From: the human T2T-CHM13v2.0 reference genome, Homo sapiens
DNA: 64,000 nt
Strand: one strand, 5' to 3'
Assembly: GCF_009914755.1 (NCBI RefSeq)
Contig: NC_060928.1
The position numbers were made by a program, and so were the translations under genes. The notes under the pieces are model-generated. The model had not been told where the DNA came from and searched no databases. It was given only the letters and a program-made list of their open reading frames with translations. This document shows, piece after piece, positions 1-17,420 of this stretch (the stretch's first letter is position 1; every line of letters starts with the position of its first letter).

Positions 1-669
1 TGAATAAATGCGATACTATCTATCTTTATCACATATTTAATTCTCATAAACAGTCTCTGAATACTAATTGGCCATTTCAAGTAATCAATAGTACATTCAA
101 GAGATGAAAGGAATTGTCACAAAAATTCTGCAAGTACTCTGAAATGGAAATCCAAGAAAGTTCAGAGCAATAGCAGTGCCATAGAAATAATTACACAGCT
201 TTTTAAAGATGACAAATTTGGAGGTAGTTGTACTCATTATATGGTGCACTCTGATTTTCTAGCTTTCAAAAATAAGTCTTTAATAATTTTGCACCACAGT
301 AAGCCCTACCTTAGAGAAGCGTGTTTCTCCATGAGAAGACAAGGCATGAACACTTTTATATTAAATAAATGTGTGGTTTATATGTGATTATATCCCATGC
401 TGGTTAAGATAAAATTAATGGAATTACTTAGGACACTTTATATACTTCTGTATTTCCCATAGTTCCTTGTTAATTTCTAGGTATTAAGTAGGTAAATAAT
501 ATGAGTTTAAACTGAATTTTATGCATGAAACTGGCTGATGAGCTACTCTGATATTTTCAGATGACACACACTAAATATTGCCATAACAATAAATTTAGAT
601 AAAAATAAAACCACTTCCAAATTAGTTATATATTTTTAATGCTTCTTTTGAACAATTACTGAGTTTAGA

Positions 670-850
670 AGAGCATGAACCAGTGCAATGAAACAGATTA
701 CAATGTAGATAGAAAACCACAATTCCAGTCCCATCATTTCATCTAATGGGCTGAGTGGCCTTGAGTACCATTGATTTGCTTTCATGTGAACTAGTTTCCC
801 TATCTGAAACTGGGAAACCTAAAATTACTGAACGTGTGTTCTCTAAGGGA
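670..850. mobile_element. MIR SINE relic
   Basis: Degenerate MIR core (aattccagtccc...ggccttgag...agtttccctatctgaaactggg). Confidence 0.5.
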
Positions 851-1158
851 CCTGAAAGACATCTCATTAAAATCCCACATTTTACAGGGCACATATATTA
901 AATAATGTAATAGGGCTCCAACTAGTTTGGTACCACCAAATAGAGACTGGTGTATGTGTTTCTTCAGCCTTTTCACTCCTAATCCCCATGATCAATTATT
1001 GAATTCAACATTTACTACATGCCTCAAAGACATACAATGCAAGTGCTGTAACATGACATAAAATAGATCTTACCGAGGACCATCAGTGAACTTCCTGGTA
1101 GTCTATATCTAAGCTAAACACTCCAGGCTGTTTCCATTTTATGATACGTATGTTAATA

Positions 1159-1824
1159 TGTCATAATGGTTAACTTTTTGTGTCAAAATGACTGAGCCAC
1201 AAGATGCCTGATATTTGGTCCAACATTATTCTGAGTGTGTCCTGAGGGTGTTTGGGCATGAGATTAACATTTTAAATCAGTAAACTGAGTCAAGCAGATT
1301 GTCCTCCCTAATGTTGGTGGCCCTCAAACACTTAGTTGAAGGTCTGAAGAGAACAAAAGGGAATCTTTTTGTAAATGGGAATGGGAACTCCTCCAACCTA
1401 ACTGCTTGAGCTGAAACATTGGTTTTGCCTGGCCTTCAGATTCAGACTAAAACCTCAACTTTTCTTGAGTCTCGAGCCCAAAAACTTTTGAACTGAAACT
1501 TATACTATCAGCTCCTGGTTCTCAAGCCTCAAGCCTTTAGAGTTGGGCTGGTACTATGCATTGGTCCTCCAAGGTATCCAGCTTGCCAACTGCAGACTTT
1601 GGGACTTCTTAACCTCCAAAAGCACGTGGGCCAATTCTTTATAAACTCTCTCCCTCTCTCTCTTTGTCTCTATATATGTGTTTTGTACATATATGTATAT
1701 ATACATAAATGTATATATACTTGTATATACTATAAATATATATTAAATGTATATTATATCTATTTATCTATGATAAATATAAATTACGTAGGTTCAGTTT
1801 CTCTGCAGAACCCTAACTAATACA
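1159..1824 (+). mobile_element. MLT2-family (ERVL) solo LTR with internal (TC)/(TA) low-complexity tract
   Basis: Starts tgtcataatggttaactttttgtgtcaa, contains gagattaacattt...aagcagattgtcctccctaatg, ends ctctgcagaaccctaactaataca. Confidence 0.8.
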
Positions 1825-2909
1825 GATATTAGGAAGAAAAGATGGCAAATTATGTGCTGGCCCTTAAATGCCTCCACTAGGAAGCGACTTGCATCATTTC
1901 TGCTCATATGTCTTTGGCCTGAGCAATTCATATGGCCACCCTGACTTCTACATTTCATGGAAGTACATTTCTTCCTATGCTTGACTATAGTCAGTGCACT
2001 TTAGTGAATAATGAATATTGAGTTACACAGAAATTCAGGCCCCTTATGAATAAGATACTCCTAGTTTCCAGCAGAGGGTAGTTCTTGTCATATTACTTGT
2101 TTATCTCTTAGGCATATAATATAGGTCAAAGCCATAGTGGATGATGTAGGATCAAAAGGATGCCAAAAAGTACAAAGGTATATACCAATCCGAGATCTTA
2201 TGAATATTAATCCACAGGACTCTTTATTGAATAATTTAATATATGTGAAGAGCTTAGAATGTCTCCTGATGTTTATAAGTGCCTAATAAAAATATTTGCT
2301 ATTGGAATTGCAATTTCTATTAACCTTATTATTTATTATTATCATTATTATTTTATGTGCAATTGCTATTATTACAAAATGGTGCTCTATAGACAAAAAT
2401 TAGAATCAATGACCCTGTTAAAAAGAGCCTTTTTCTGAAAATACCGAGAGAACTCATTGTAACACTATAGCTATGGCATAGATCACAAAGATGAAACATA
2501 ATGAAGCTAAAATGAAATATCAATGAATGGGATTTTTTCATAAATACTGACTGTGTGTCACCTTTGGAAATAAAGCTCCTTTAATTGAATGTGTCCTTCA
2601 AAACATTTTGAATTATATGTAGTGCCCTTAAAAGTTAGAAACAAATGGCATGCTTGCTTTTATCTGACATAAAGGAGATAGGTACATTTAAATATAGCTC
2701 TACTCTGTTTTAGTCTAGACAATTCTGAACACAGACTGTCAGTTAAAAAGAGCTGCACTGAAGACAGATTTTTTACAATGAAAAACCACATAAGATTAAT
2801 TAAATAAAGTAGTATAAACAAGAAAGATGTTTAGTGTATCTACCTACTTATGGGTGAAGCTTTATACACTAATTAGATCAGTTTCCCATTATAATATGAG
2901 GCGGTATTT

Positions 2910-3170
2910 CTAATAGGTCAGAGCAAGGTATTCCAATATGAAAAAACTGAGTTATATCCCCTAGCCCTAGTCACTTAGTAGCTGTGACACCTCTTTATTC
3001 CTTAAGCTCCTTAAATCTCAGTGTCCTTATCTGTACTATGTAGAAAATAATCTTCATAACCTAGTAACTTCATGGGGTTATTATATTAAATGATAATCTT
3101 CCAAATGAATGGTGTAGAGAATGGTGTCTGGCACATAAATGAGCCACAATATGGCAACCATTATCATTAT
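2910..3170. mobile_element. MIR SINE
   Basis: cacttagtagctgtgac...ctcagtgtccttatctgta...tctggcacataa. Confidence 0.65.
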
Positions 3171-3221
3171 TAAATCTAGTACTGACATTCAGCATCCATT
3201 AAGTTACCAATCAGAATACCC

Positions 3222-3735
3222 ATGTTCCAGCTATTTATTGCTGAGTAGCAAACCACTCTGAAATGTAGTACATAGTGTCTATAATAATGAATATATTCTC
3301 ACCCATATTATGTGGGTCAAGAATTTGGGCAGGGATCAGGTGGTGATTCATTGGCTTCATATGGTGTCAACTGAGATAACTCAGTGATATTCAGTTATCA
3401 GATGGACTGATCTAGAGGGTCCAAAATGGCTTGATTCCTGCATCTGGTGCCTTGGAAGGAATGACTGAAAGGCAGGGTTCAGCTGAGACTGTCACTTGCA
3501 GTTCCTACATAACATGAGGTCTCTCCAGCATAGCAAGCACCAGGTAATTGTATTCCCTATGTGTCAGTTCAGGGCTTCCAGAAAGAGTGCTCTAAGGTAC
3601 AGAAACTGGTACAGTGTTACATCCACTGTGTTCTACTGGTAAAACCAATCAATCACAGAGTCTTTCCTGTTTCAAGGGGAGGGGACAGAGAATCAGCCTC
3701 TCAATGGGAGAAATGATCATTTTTAATACATCACC
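3222..3735 (-). mobile_element. MLT1-family (MaLR) LTR
   Basis: tattgctgagtagcaaaccactctgaaa...tgtgggtcaagaatttgggcaggg...tccaaaatggctt is the typical MLT1 reverse-strand pattern. Confidence 0.7.
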
Positions 3736-3974
3736 GAAATACTATAGGTACTCTTTGTTACAATGAAAGCAACATATCACTATGTATAAGGATTATGTAA
3801 TGTGACATGGGATATACTTGAGGCACAGCTTTATGGATATGGAGATTTACATATGGACCTAATCAATATATGTTCCATCTATATGTTTACTTGTTGCAGA
3901 AATTCCTGTATCACGTACCTTGAAATAGTATACTTTTCAGTATTATCACCATATTCACCAAGTCAATATTCTAA

Positions 3975-4176
3975 CAAGATGTCAGAAAACTTCCTGTTAA
4001 GAGCCAGATAGTAAATATTTTAGGCTTTTTGGCCACATACCGTATCTGGACCATATTCTTTTTTGTTTGTTTTTTACAACCCTTTTAAAGTGTAGAAAAA
4101 CATTTCTGGCTAAGGGGCCATACAAAGCAAGCCAAGAACCAGATCTGGCCTGAAGGCTGTAATTTGCCTACCTTTG
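3975..4176. mobile_element. MER58-like hAT-Charlie DNA transposon
   Basis: gccagatagtaaatattttaggcttt core with degenerate TIRs (caagatgtcagaaaact / aatttgcctacctttg). Confidence 0.7.
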
Positions 4177-5157
4177 AACAAATTAAGAGTAATACGCATG
4201 TAAATGACTCCAATTCTAAACTCCGAAAATAAATTAAAAAAGAAATGAAAATCCCTGCAAAGTCTATAACATTTAACCCCAAATCCTTAGAAGAGCATTA
4301 GAATGAGTAGGAGAAAAATAACTTTTAGAAAGAGCTTAACTTTTCAAGGCATCGTTAATTGTTTTTATAGAATTATCTTATTTACTGCTTGCAACAACCT
4401 AAAAGGCGGCTTATTATTTCCATGTTATTAGGTAGAATTAAAATATGAGCTTTATGACAGCAAGGATTTTAGTTTTATTCATACCCAAAATTTCACATAC
4501 GACCTGATACAATATAGAATTTAAATACATGGTGGATGAATTGAATTAAATGGTAAAAACCAAGACTCAGGAAGATTAATCAACATCCCAGAGAAACACA
4601 GTGGAAGTCCTGGAATTCAAAGCCAGTGCCTTTTATTCCAAATTTTCCTCACCAAAGCAACAACTAACACCAACAATCTGGTCCAATAATTATTTGTTAT
4701 ATCAATATGATTATTGTTTTTAGGAAAATATCATTATGCCTTATTTACTTATAAATTAGGTTATGTAAAGCATAAACATTTTAGTTTTCAGAATTGAATT
4801 TGTGGTTTGAGGAAATGTTTATGTCCACACTTTGCTTATAATCATTGTCTATATTCTATACTATTTTAAATTAGTCAGTTAATTAAAGGACTGACACACT
4901 TCTATAATACTTCTTTTTTTGCATTTTAGTATGATCAACACTTCCAAAATAAGAAAATATAGAGAGAGAATTAATTTGAAATTAAGACACAAAGAGGAAC
5001 AATTGAAAAAGATTTTTAAAATGTTATTGCACCATGTTGAGATTCATAATTGTACAGATAAAGCATACTTAACTTATTGATTAATAGTTGTAAAAGTTTT
5101 GTCGCTGAAACATTTGTTCCTTTGGGCTCTCTTTATTGCATTGTTGGATGTTGGGTG

Positions 5158-5597
5158 TGATAATAATTTGGACCTCTGTCCCTGCCAAATCTCATGTTAA
5201 AATCCCCAGTGTTAGAGATGGAGCCTGGTGGGAGGTCGTTGGATCATGCGGGCATATCCCTCATGAATGGCTTAGCCCTGTCCCCTTTGTGATGAGTGAT
5301 ATCTGGTTGTTTAAAAGCATGTAGCACCATAACATCTCCCACTCACATACTCTCTGTCTCTCTCTCTTTCTCCCTATCTCTCTCTCTCTCTTGCTCCTTC
5401 TCTCACTATGTGAGACATGTGCTCCTCCCTCACCTTCCATCATGATGGTAAACGTTTTGAGGTCTGGAAGCCAAACAGATACCATCACCATGCTTTCTGT
5501 ATAACCTGCCAAACTATGAGCCAATTAAACATCTTTTATTTATAAATTACCCAGCCTCAGGTATTTTTTTATAGTAACACAAGAATAGCCTAACACA
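5158..5597 (+). mobile_element. MST-family (MaLR) solo LTR
   Basis: TG...CA termini, MST motifs (ccaaatctcatgt, ataaattacccagcctcaggtatt), perfect 5-bp TSD GGGTG at 5153-5157 and 5598-5602. Confidence 0.9.
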
Positions 5598-5689
5598 GGG
5601 TGTGTCATTTCATCCAAAGTACCAGACTTCTCAGGAAAAGTTGCATCATATTTGATAACAATTAGCTTGACTCCATATCTTGGATATCA

Positions 5690-10855
<5,166 letters not shown>

Positions 10856-11047
10856 CCTATGCCCACTCATGCAAATGCTGTTTGCAATACTGCTACTACA
10901 TAATTGTACCATCAAACATGGATTCCAATAAATTTTGTATTTGTGTTTAAAAGACATACACACTCAAAAGAATAGCATGTTTTTAGTATATCTGCTGTCT
11001 TATTGAGTAATTCCTGACAAAAGAGGATTTTTGCTTTGATTAGACAT

Positions 11048-11582
11048 TGTCAGAGAGGAAAAGCTTTTTCTCTACCAGTTTAGGTTATGTTCTTGAGGGG
11101 TATGCACATTAAGCTTGCAAAAGTCAGATTATTAAAAGAGAAAAACAGATTTAATTATGTATGTGTACATGGGCGTTGACAAAGAAATGTGATTCAAGGA
11201 GGTAGTTAGAATTGGGCACTTATATATCATCTTAATAGAGTACAGGGGAGGGCAGAGGGCACTTCTGGAAACAAATGACTTTTAGGGAAGATCAATGGAC
11301 CCTTAAGAGAATAAATGTTAGATATAATAGTTTTATGCCAGTATCTGTTTCTCTTTCCAGGTGCTACCTTGTGCTGACTTCTTCAGGTCGATGCTAAGAT
11401 TTGCTCCTCTGTGGTTGTGAGACTCACAGGGAAGGGATTTATAACAATGGAATTATTTGCAGGAGGCATTGCTTTTAAAAAGACAGAGTTTAGAAAAAGC
11501 TTCTTTCTGCAGCTGTTGATTCTCAAATGTCTTCAACTCAAAATAGTCCTTTATGCCACTGTCGCATATTCTGAACCCTTCA
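11048..11582 (-). mobile_element. ERV1-class solo LTR (MER34/MER89-like)
   Basis: TG...CA termini, 4-bp TSD ACAT (11044-11047, 11583-11586). The reverse strand begins tgaagggttcagaatatg...ggcataaaggactattttgag. Confidence 0.75.
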
Positions 11583-11699
11583 ACATCAATAAGAAAGCAC
11601 CTTCTTAGCTTGGAATTTCATGTCTAATAATTGAAAGAGCTTTCTACAGACTAGTTTCTGGCTCCATACATTTAAGCCTTGATTGCACTCTATCACCCA

Positions 11700-12172
11700 C
11701 ATAGGCCTGGGAACCTATCACATCACAACCTGTGACGCTGCACCTTTGCACGACCATACTGATGAGCTGGCAAAGTGGATTTTGCGAAAATTCTTGGAAG
11801 CCATTCTACACTATGATGGCTAGCAACAACTGAACTGTGAGAGAACAGGAGTGTGAATTCATAAAAATACATTTTAACACATCCAAATTAAATGTATCCC
11901 CATCTCAACTTTCCCTTAGCTGGATCCTCAAAATGCCTGTGATCTCTCTAACACAATTTAAACAAGTAGTGTGGCAAAGAGGAAACTGGAATGAGATAAA
12001 GACGTGCTCTTAACCTATCGTAGTTAAAATTCTTACTCTTGCAAATATCAAACTCATAACTGTGCAAACACTCCCTCACTGCACCACAACTTCAAGGTCT
12101 TGGAAGAAGCTGGTACAAGTAAGAGACCCTGAAAGCTCGAGCCTCATTGGCATCACAATCAGTCTGGCCAGG
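11700..12172. mobile_element. Probable hAT-Tip100 (MER45-like) DNA transposon relic
   Basis: Resembles remembered motifs (ctcaactttcccttagctggatcc, gagaccctgaaagct); the assignment is weak. Confidence 0.4.
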
Positions 12173-12400
12173 AGGGTAATTCTGGAACTGGGAAACAATT
12201 GCCAGGATGCCTGCAGAGAAGAACTTTTGTTAGTTCAAAGCAATTTTCATTTATAGACCTTTAGAAAATACCGTTTCATAGGAGAAAATAAAATAGAAAC
12301 AAGGGCATGGCTTTAGTTTCAGTGATACCTTTTTCAGTTCGGCATATTTTGCTCTTAACCTCTCTCTTATATTTTAAATATATTTTATTTAAAAAAATGT

Positions 12401-12687
12401 GGCCAGGTGCAGTGTTGGCTCACGCCCGTAATCCCAGCACTTTGGGAGGCCGATGCAGGTGGATCATGAGGTCAAGAGCTCAAGACCATCCTGTCCAACA
12501 TGGTGAAACCCCATCTCTACTAAAAATACAAAAATTAGCTGGGTGTGGTGGTGCGCCCCTGTAGTCCCAGCTACTCAGAAGGCTGAGGCAGGAGAATCGC
12601 TTGAACCCAGGAGGCAGAAGTTGCAGTGAGCCACTGTATCCCAGCTAGGGTGACAGAAAAAGACTCCATCTAAAAAAAAAAAAAAAA
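12401..12687 (+). mobile_element. Alu (AluSc-like)
   Basis: Dimeric Alu with gaggtcaagag...accatcctg diagnostic region and poly-A tail. Confidence 0.95.
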
Positions 12688-15600
12688 GCACAATGCTGCC
12701 TAGGTATTAGATGAAAAAGAGAAGCTTTATATTAGATATCACTGAAAAGGCAGGGTTAAGGACTATTCCTTCCTTCCAAATTGGCAGACATGATCAGGCA
12801 GACATAATCTAACATCTGGAAAGAGAGGTAAAGAATCACTAAGGAACAGAAAGATCTGGATAACATATACTGTTAGTAATCAGTGCTGTTAGTTTAATAA
12901 TGTGTCAAAACACTTACTATTTTATACCTATGTTACTCAAATTCCAAGCTTGTATTTATATTTTTGCAATTTTTTTATCCAATCATTTGCAGACAATATT
13001 GAGAATCAGTTACACAACCAAACCAAGAAATAAAAAGAACTGAAAGAAAAAAAAAAACATACATACAAAGAATCATGCTTATCTTTCCATCCCACTGTGA
13101 GTCAACAATACTTTATAAAGAGTCCTGTTCAGAGTGTCAAATTCTGTACCAGTTACTAGAAAAAATATTAACTAAACAGTTTGATAGTGTTAAAAATCAC
13201 CAGATACAAATGTGTGTAGCTTTATGAAGAACTTGTCTTGTGAATGGAATTGTATTTCTCTCTGTGACTGGATAGCACACCACACCTGCTGATTTATAGG
13301 GATGTATTGTTGAACCCATATTATCTACTTTGATATGCTTCTTAATTCAGCTTTACATGGATGATTTATTTTAAAAGCACTGAAATGGGTATCGAAAAGG
13401 TACTACCACTTTCCCAAATCAATGTCAGCCTGAAGTTTACTGAATTCTTCAAGTATTGGTCCTAAGTCAAATTCACAACCAGTCTGACTTATACAGAGTT
13501 GAACAATGACTACATACCAGCACCCGTATTTCCCAGGGAAGTGAAATTCCTCTTCCACTTAGGGCTGCCCGGAACTGGTTAATGGCCTCATCTAGCCACA
13601 AGGGGGCCAAGAGGTACAATTCCATGTTAGGCCCAGAAGCCACAGTCAGAAATACTTGGGGAAAGTTCTCAATGACTGCCCTATAAGTATCAGCATCTGT
13701 CGTTAGAAAATTCATTGCTGCTGAAATAGTCAAATTTCTTATATTTCTCATTCTAGAAACATCCCACATTATGTATTTCCTAATTACAATCAATCAAATT
13801 TGTTTGAATAAAGTTTTCTACCGCCTGTTATTCAGAATGAACATAAGAAGTGGCCTAGCTAGGTCGACACAGCCAGGTGCTAAAACTTCTAAAGCTAATA
13901 CATAATTTTCAACCATTCTTGTTATAAGCAAGGTCATTTGTTTGGGAATTAAATTTGTCCAAGCAATTATAATGAAATTTCTCCCCCAAATCCTTAACAT
14001 GTTATCTAGCTTAGAGGTCATTATCCACAGCAGTATTTGATATATCCTGCCACGATAGTAAAAATATGCAAATCTCCCAAGTTCGTACTGCAAAGGGCAT
14101 TGGTAGGTCTAATTTTACCATCAATAGTGAAAGGAGATAGCTTCAGATGACCCTAAATAATAGGATGTACTGCTTTTAACCTATCAAGGGTCTTTTTCCC
14201 AGAAGTAATCCAGATTTTATAAAATACTGTGTGCCCCCAACTTACATTTTTGTAAATGTATGAAAATTAATGTAAAGTTGAAAAAATTCATAAACTAATG
14301 ATCTTGTAAGTAAAAGACAAATGCCAGTTATAGTCACTGACTGGATCTTTTTATGTGTGTCATGACTTGTAAATCTCTGCTATATTGCACATATTTTGGC
14401 ATGTAAACCTTTAGAAAATGAATAAAAAATCAACTGTCAATATGTGCTAAACTTAAGGTAAAAATCATTTATTCTGTGTTATTTTAAAACCTAAAACACT
14501 CTATTGAAATCTGAAAACCAGACAGCGTGTGAGCTAATAAACACTTAAAATTTTATTTTTCAAAGCTTCTTCTTTTTTTTTTTTTTTTTGTAAATGAGAT
14601 TTTCATATCGGCCTTGTGGAAATGTTTATAGTTATCCAGTAGATAGTATGAATCAACTTAGTTTAGTTTCTGTGTGCTTCTTTTATAGATACACTGTAAA
14701 ATATAGCTTTGCATATGATTTCTTGATTTAAACAGCACAACTTATTCTATGTCTTGGCTAGAAACCAATTAAATAACCACTGATGCAAGCAGTTATTACC
14801 TGCTTAAAAGGAAATCTGTGGTTTCCTTATTTAAACTGATGAGTTTTAATGTCTATCAAAAAGGCTGTTATTGCAATGAATAATTTAGTCATTTCAGTCT
14901 ACTAAACATGTTAATACTACAAGCATGGATTTAAGGCTGTAAAATATATCTAAAGTTTCTCAGAGTCTCAAGGATCAGAATCATACTTGGAATAGTTATG
15001 CACAGATATGTTTACTCTTTCAAGTAATATATGTTTAAAGGACAATCGTTTGTAGTAATTATTTAGAAAAGGAAGACTGAAGTATCAAATTTAGCGAAAG
15101 GGGTTAGAGAAATGGTTGATCATAAAGGCCTAGAAAACACGTCTACAGATAGAAGACCCTTTTTAAAAAGATGAAAGGTCAATGGATTTAGAGATATCCG
15201 AGTGTCATTTCCTCTGTTTGTCCCTTGGTGGAGTTCTTGAGTTACTTTCTCCTTTTCTGTCAAACTGTTTTTATCTTTCCAGAACTGGCTATCGTGTTTA
15301 CTGTATTTAACCTTTTTCTCATATTATTGTGAATACAGCGTCTATTATAAATGAAAGGCCCCCTGAGATCACATCTCCAGCATCTACTTTGTATTCTTAA
15401 CCATAAACTTTTGTTGTAGTTACTTCTCTTACTGTCTTTTCTTGAGGCTTGAACTACATCAGGGACCCTGAATGCTATTTTTCAGTTCAGCCACTGAAAT
15501 TTCTTAACGGCAAAACAGGTTTAAGCAAGCGAGGTTAGTAGGTAAATTAAAAAAAAAAAATCTACTGAATATTTTAAGTTTAGGGTAAGATTTCTGGCAC

Positions 15601-15870
15601 AGAAAATGAATCGTTTGTCAAGGTTTTATTAAATGCATATTAGCACGGGATGATATTTATATTTTAATCAATTTCATTTTTTACATCTTGATTTCAAAGG
15701 GGTATTTCCTTTTATTGTTCTTTTTTAAAAAGCCACTAAAGAAAAAACAGAAATCTCCATTTCAACATTCCCTCAAACATTTTGCTTCCTACATGCGATG
15801 ACGTCTAATCACTCTGATCGATGCAAGCTTTAGGGCACTGATCTCATTTTCTCTCTCCAGTTCTGGCCGC

Positions 15871-15875
<5 letters not shown>

Positions 15876-15911
<36 letters not shown>
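15876..15911 (+). repeat. (CAG)12 trinucleotide repeat
   Basis: 12 perfect CAG units counted directly. Confidence 0.97.
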
Positions 15912-15912
<1 letters not shown>

Positions 15913-15999
15913 CTCTTTAATTTATTGCAGGCGGTTACACTTTCGATCCCATTTCCTTCTGAACCCTTTCCTCTCAGGTTGAGTAGATAAATGCAGCCT

Positions 16000-17420
16000 C
16001 GGGTCTGAGAAGCCGGGGGGGGGGGGGGGGGGGGTTGGTGGGTGGGAGCGAAGCCGGATATCACATTCCCTCGGTGAGGTCTGGTACCGGGGGGGATTAA
16101 GTCTCCCGGTTCCATTTAATGAAATTGCTGAGCACTTGTGACACTGGCTCTAAGACTGCGGAAATGGGGCGGGGGTGGGAGAAACTGCTTCTCTCTTCAT
16201 TCATCCTCTGCGCCGGCGAGAGGAGAGAGTGTCAGCCCCTAGAGAGGGGGCGGAAGAGGACTGGGAGCTCCAGCCGCCGCAAGGGCGCCCCGAGGGCTCC
16301 TCTCACCTCCCCCGTACCCCTACCCCGCCCATTTCCTTTGCTTGCCCAGAACGGCGCTGCAGGGCAAAGCCGCCGCCACTTCTTTGCTGCTCTGGCAGAA
16401 AGGTCGGAGCCTGGGACTGATGGGGGTGGGAGCAAAGCCAGCAGGCTTCTTGGCCCCCGCAGTCTGTCCTCGCTGTTCTCCATGCAGCACACGTCGGACC
16501 CATTTCCCACGCTGGCTTGGCTCCGCCGCGAAGTTGGTAGGAATGAGAGTGAGGAGGGCGGGCTGGAGACTTCCTCCCGCTCGCAAAGAGGAAACCACTC
16601 CACTGTGAAGGACGCGCTGCAACTCCCTAGTCATCCGGGAAGAAATGTGCAGCGCGCTGAGGAAAAGCCGCCCACTCCTTCGCGCCCCGCTCAAGTGTGC
16701 GCCTGGAGAGTGCGCGCCAGAGCCGCGAGCAAATGCTTTGAAGATGCGGAGAGGCTTATTCAAGTTTATGGTCTGGAGAGGGAAGAGGGAGTGCACAACG
16801 TTTCTGCCCAAGCGGCTGCCTGAAGTTTGCAAAATCTTAGTAAGGCGATGAGGGGAGTGAGTGCACTGCACCATATTGCCGCGCATCGGAATGCACGGCG
16901 CAAGGCCGCGGAGTGGAGACGGCTTCTCCCATTTGCCTCCAACCTGGGAAAAAGGGGAACCAGGGTCGGAGGTTTGGAGAGAGGCAGGCGTTCCGATAAA
17001 CCCGGGTTCTTGCCAAATGTAAGAGGGATTTGGCTTTACTGCCACTTAGCCGGCCGCGAAGGCGCTGCGGAGCCCACCCCCGCCCCCGGCTCGAGACTGC
17101 GGCGGTGCGCACTGAGCCTGCGCGCGGGGCTTTTCTCGCTGATGCTGCAGATACAGAGCTGAGAGGTTCGGGTGCCAGCAGCGGGAGGGTTAGCGGGAAG
17201 GCCGGGTTCCCTGCCCTGGCCTCGGAGGAGGAGCCACCACCCCTGGGGTGATGCTACTTTCACAGACTGGAAAATACTCGCCAGCTCCCTGACACACACT
17301 TAGACACACTTCCATCCAACGGGCATCTACGATCCCCTGTAGGGAGAGCTTGGAAATCTCTGCCGCCTCTCCCTCCTCATTCCTGTTCCTGCGCCCGCCC
17401 AAACAACCGCGCGCTACATC
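16000..17420. promoter_or_regulatory. Upstream CpG-rich island
   Basis: Dense CpG/GCGC content, GC box GGGGCGGGG near 16166, no interspersed repeats. Confidence 0.75.
16015..16034 (+). repeat. G20 homopolymer
   Basis: 20 consecutive G followed by TTGGTGGGTGGG. Confidence 0.95.

Noticed and set aside
15789-16115. Minus-strand ORF with poly-Pro and poly-Leu
   Set aside because: The homopolymers are just the G20 and CAG repeats translated; there is no other coding evidence.
16119-17045. 234-aa (+) and 241-aa (-) ORFs in the upstream island
   Set aside because: No recognisable domain; overlapping ORFs in many frames are expected where GC richness depletes stop codons.
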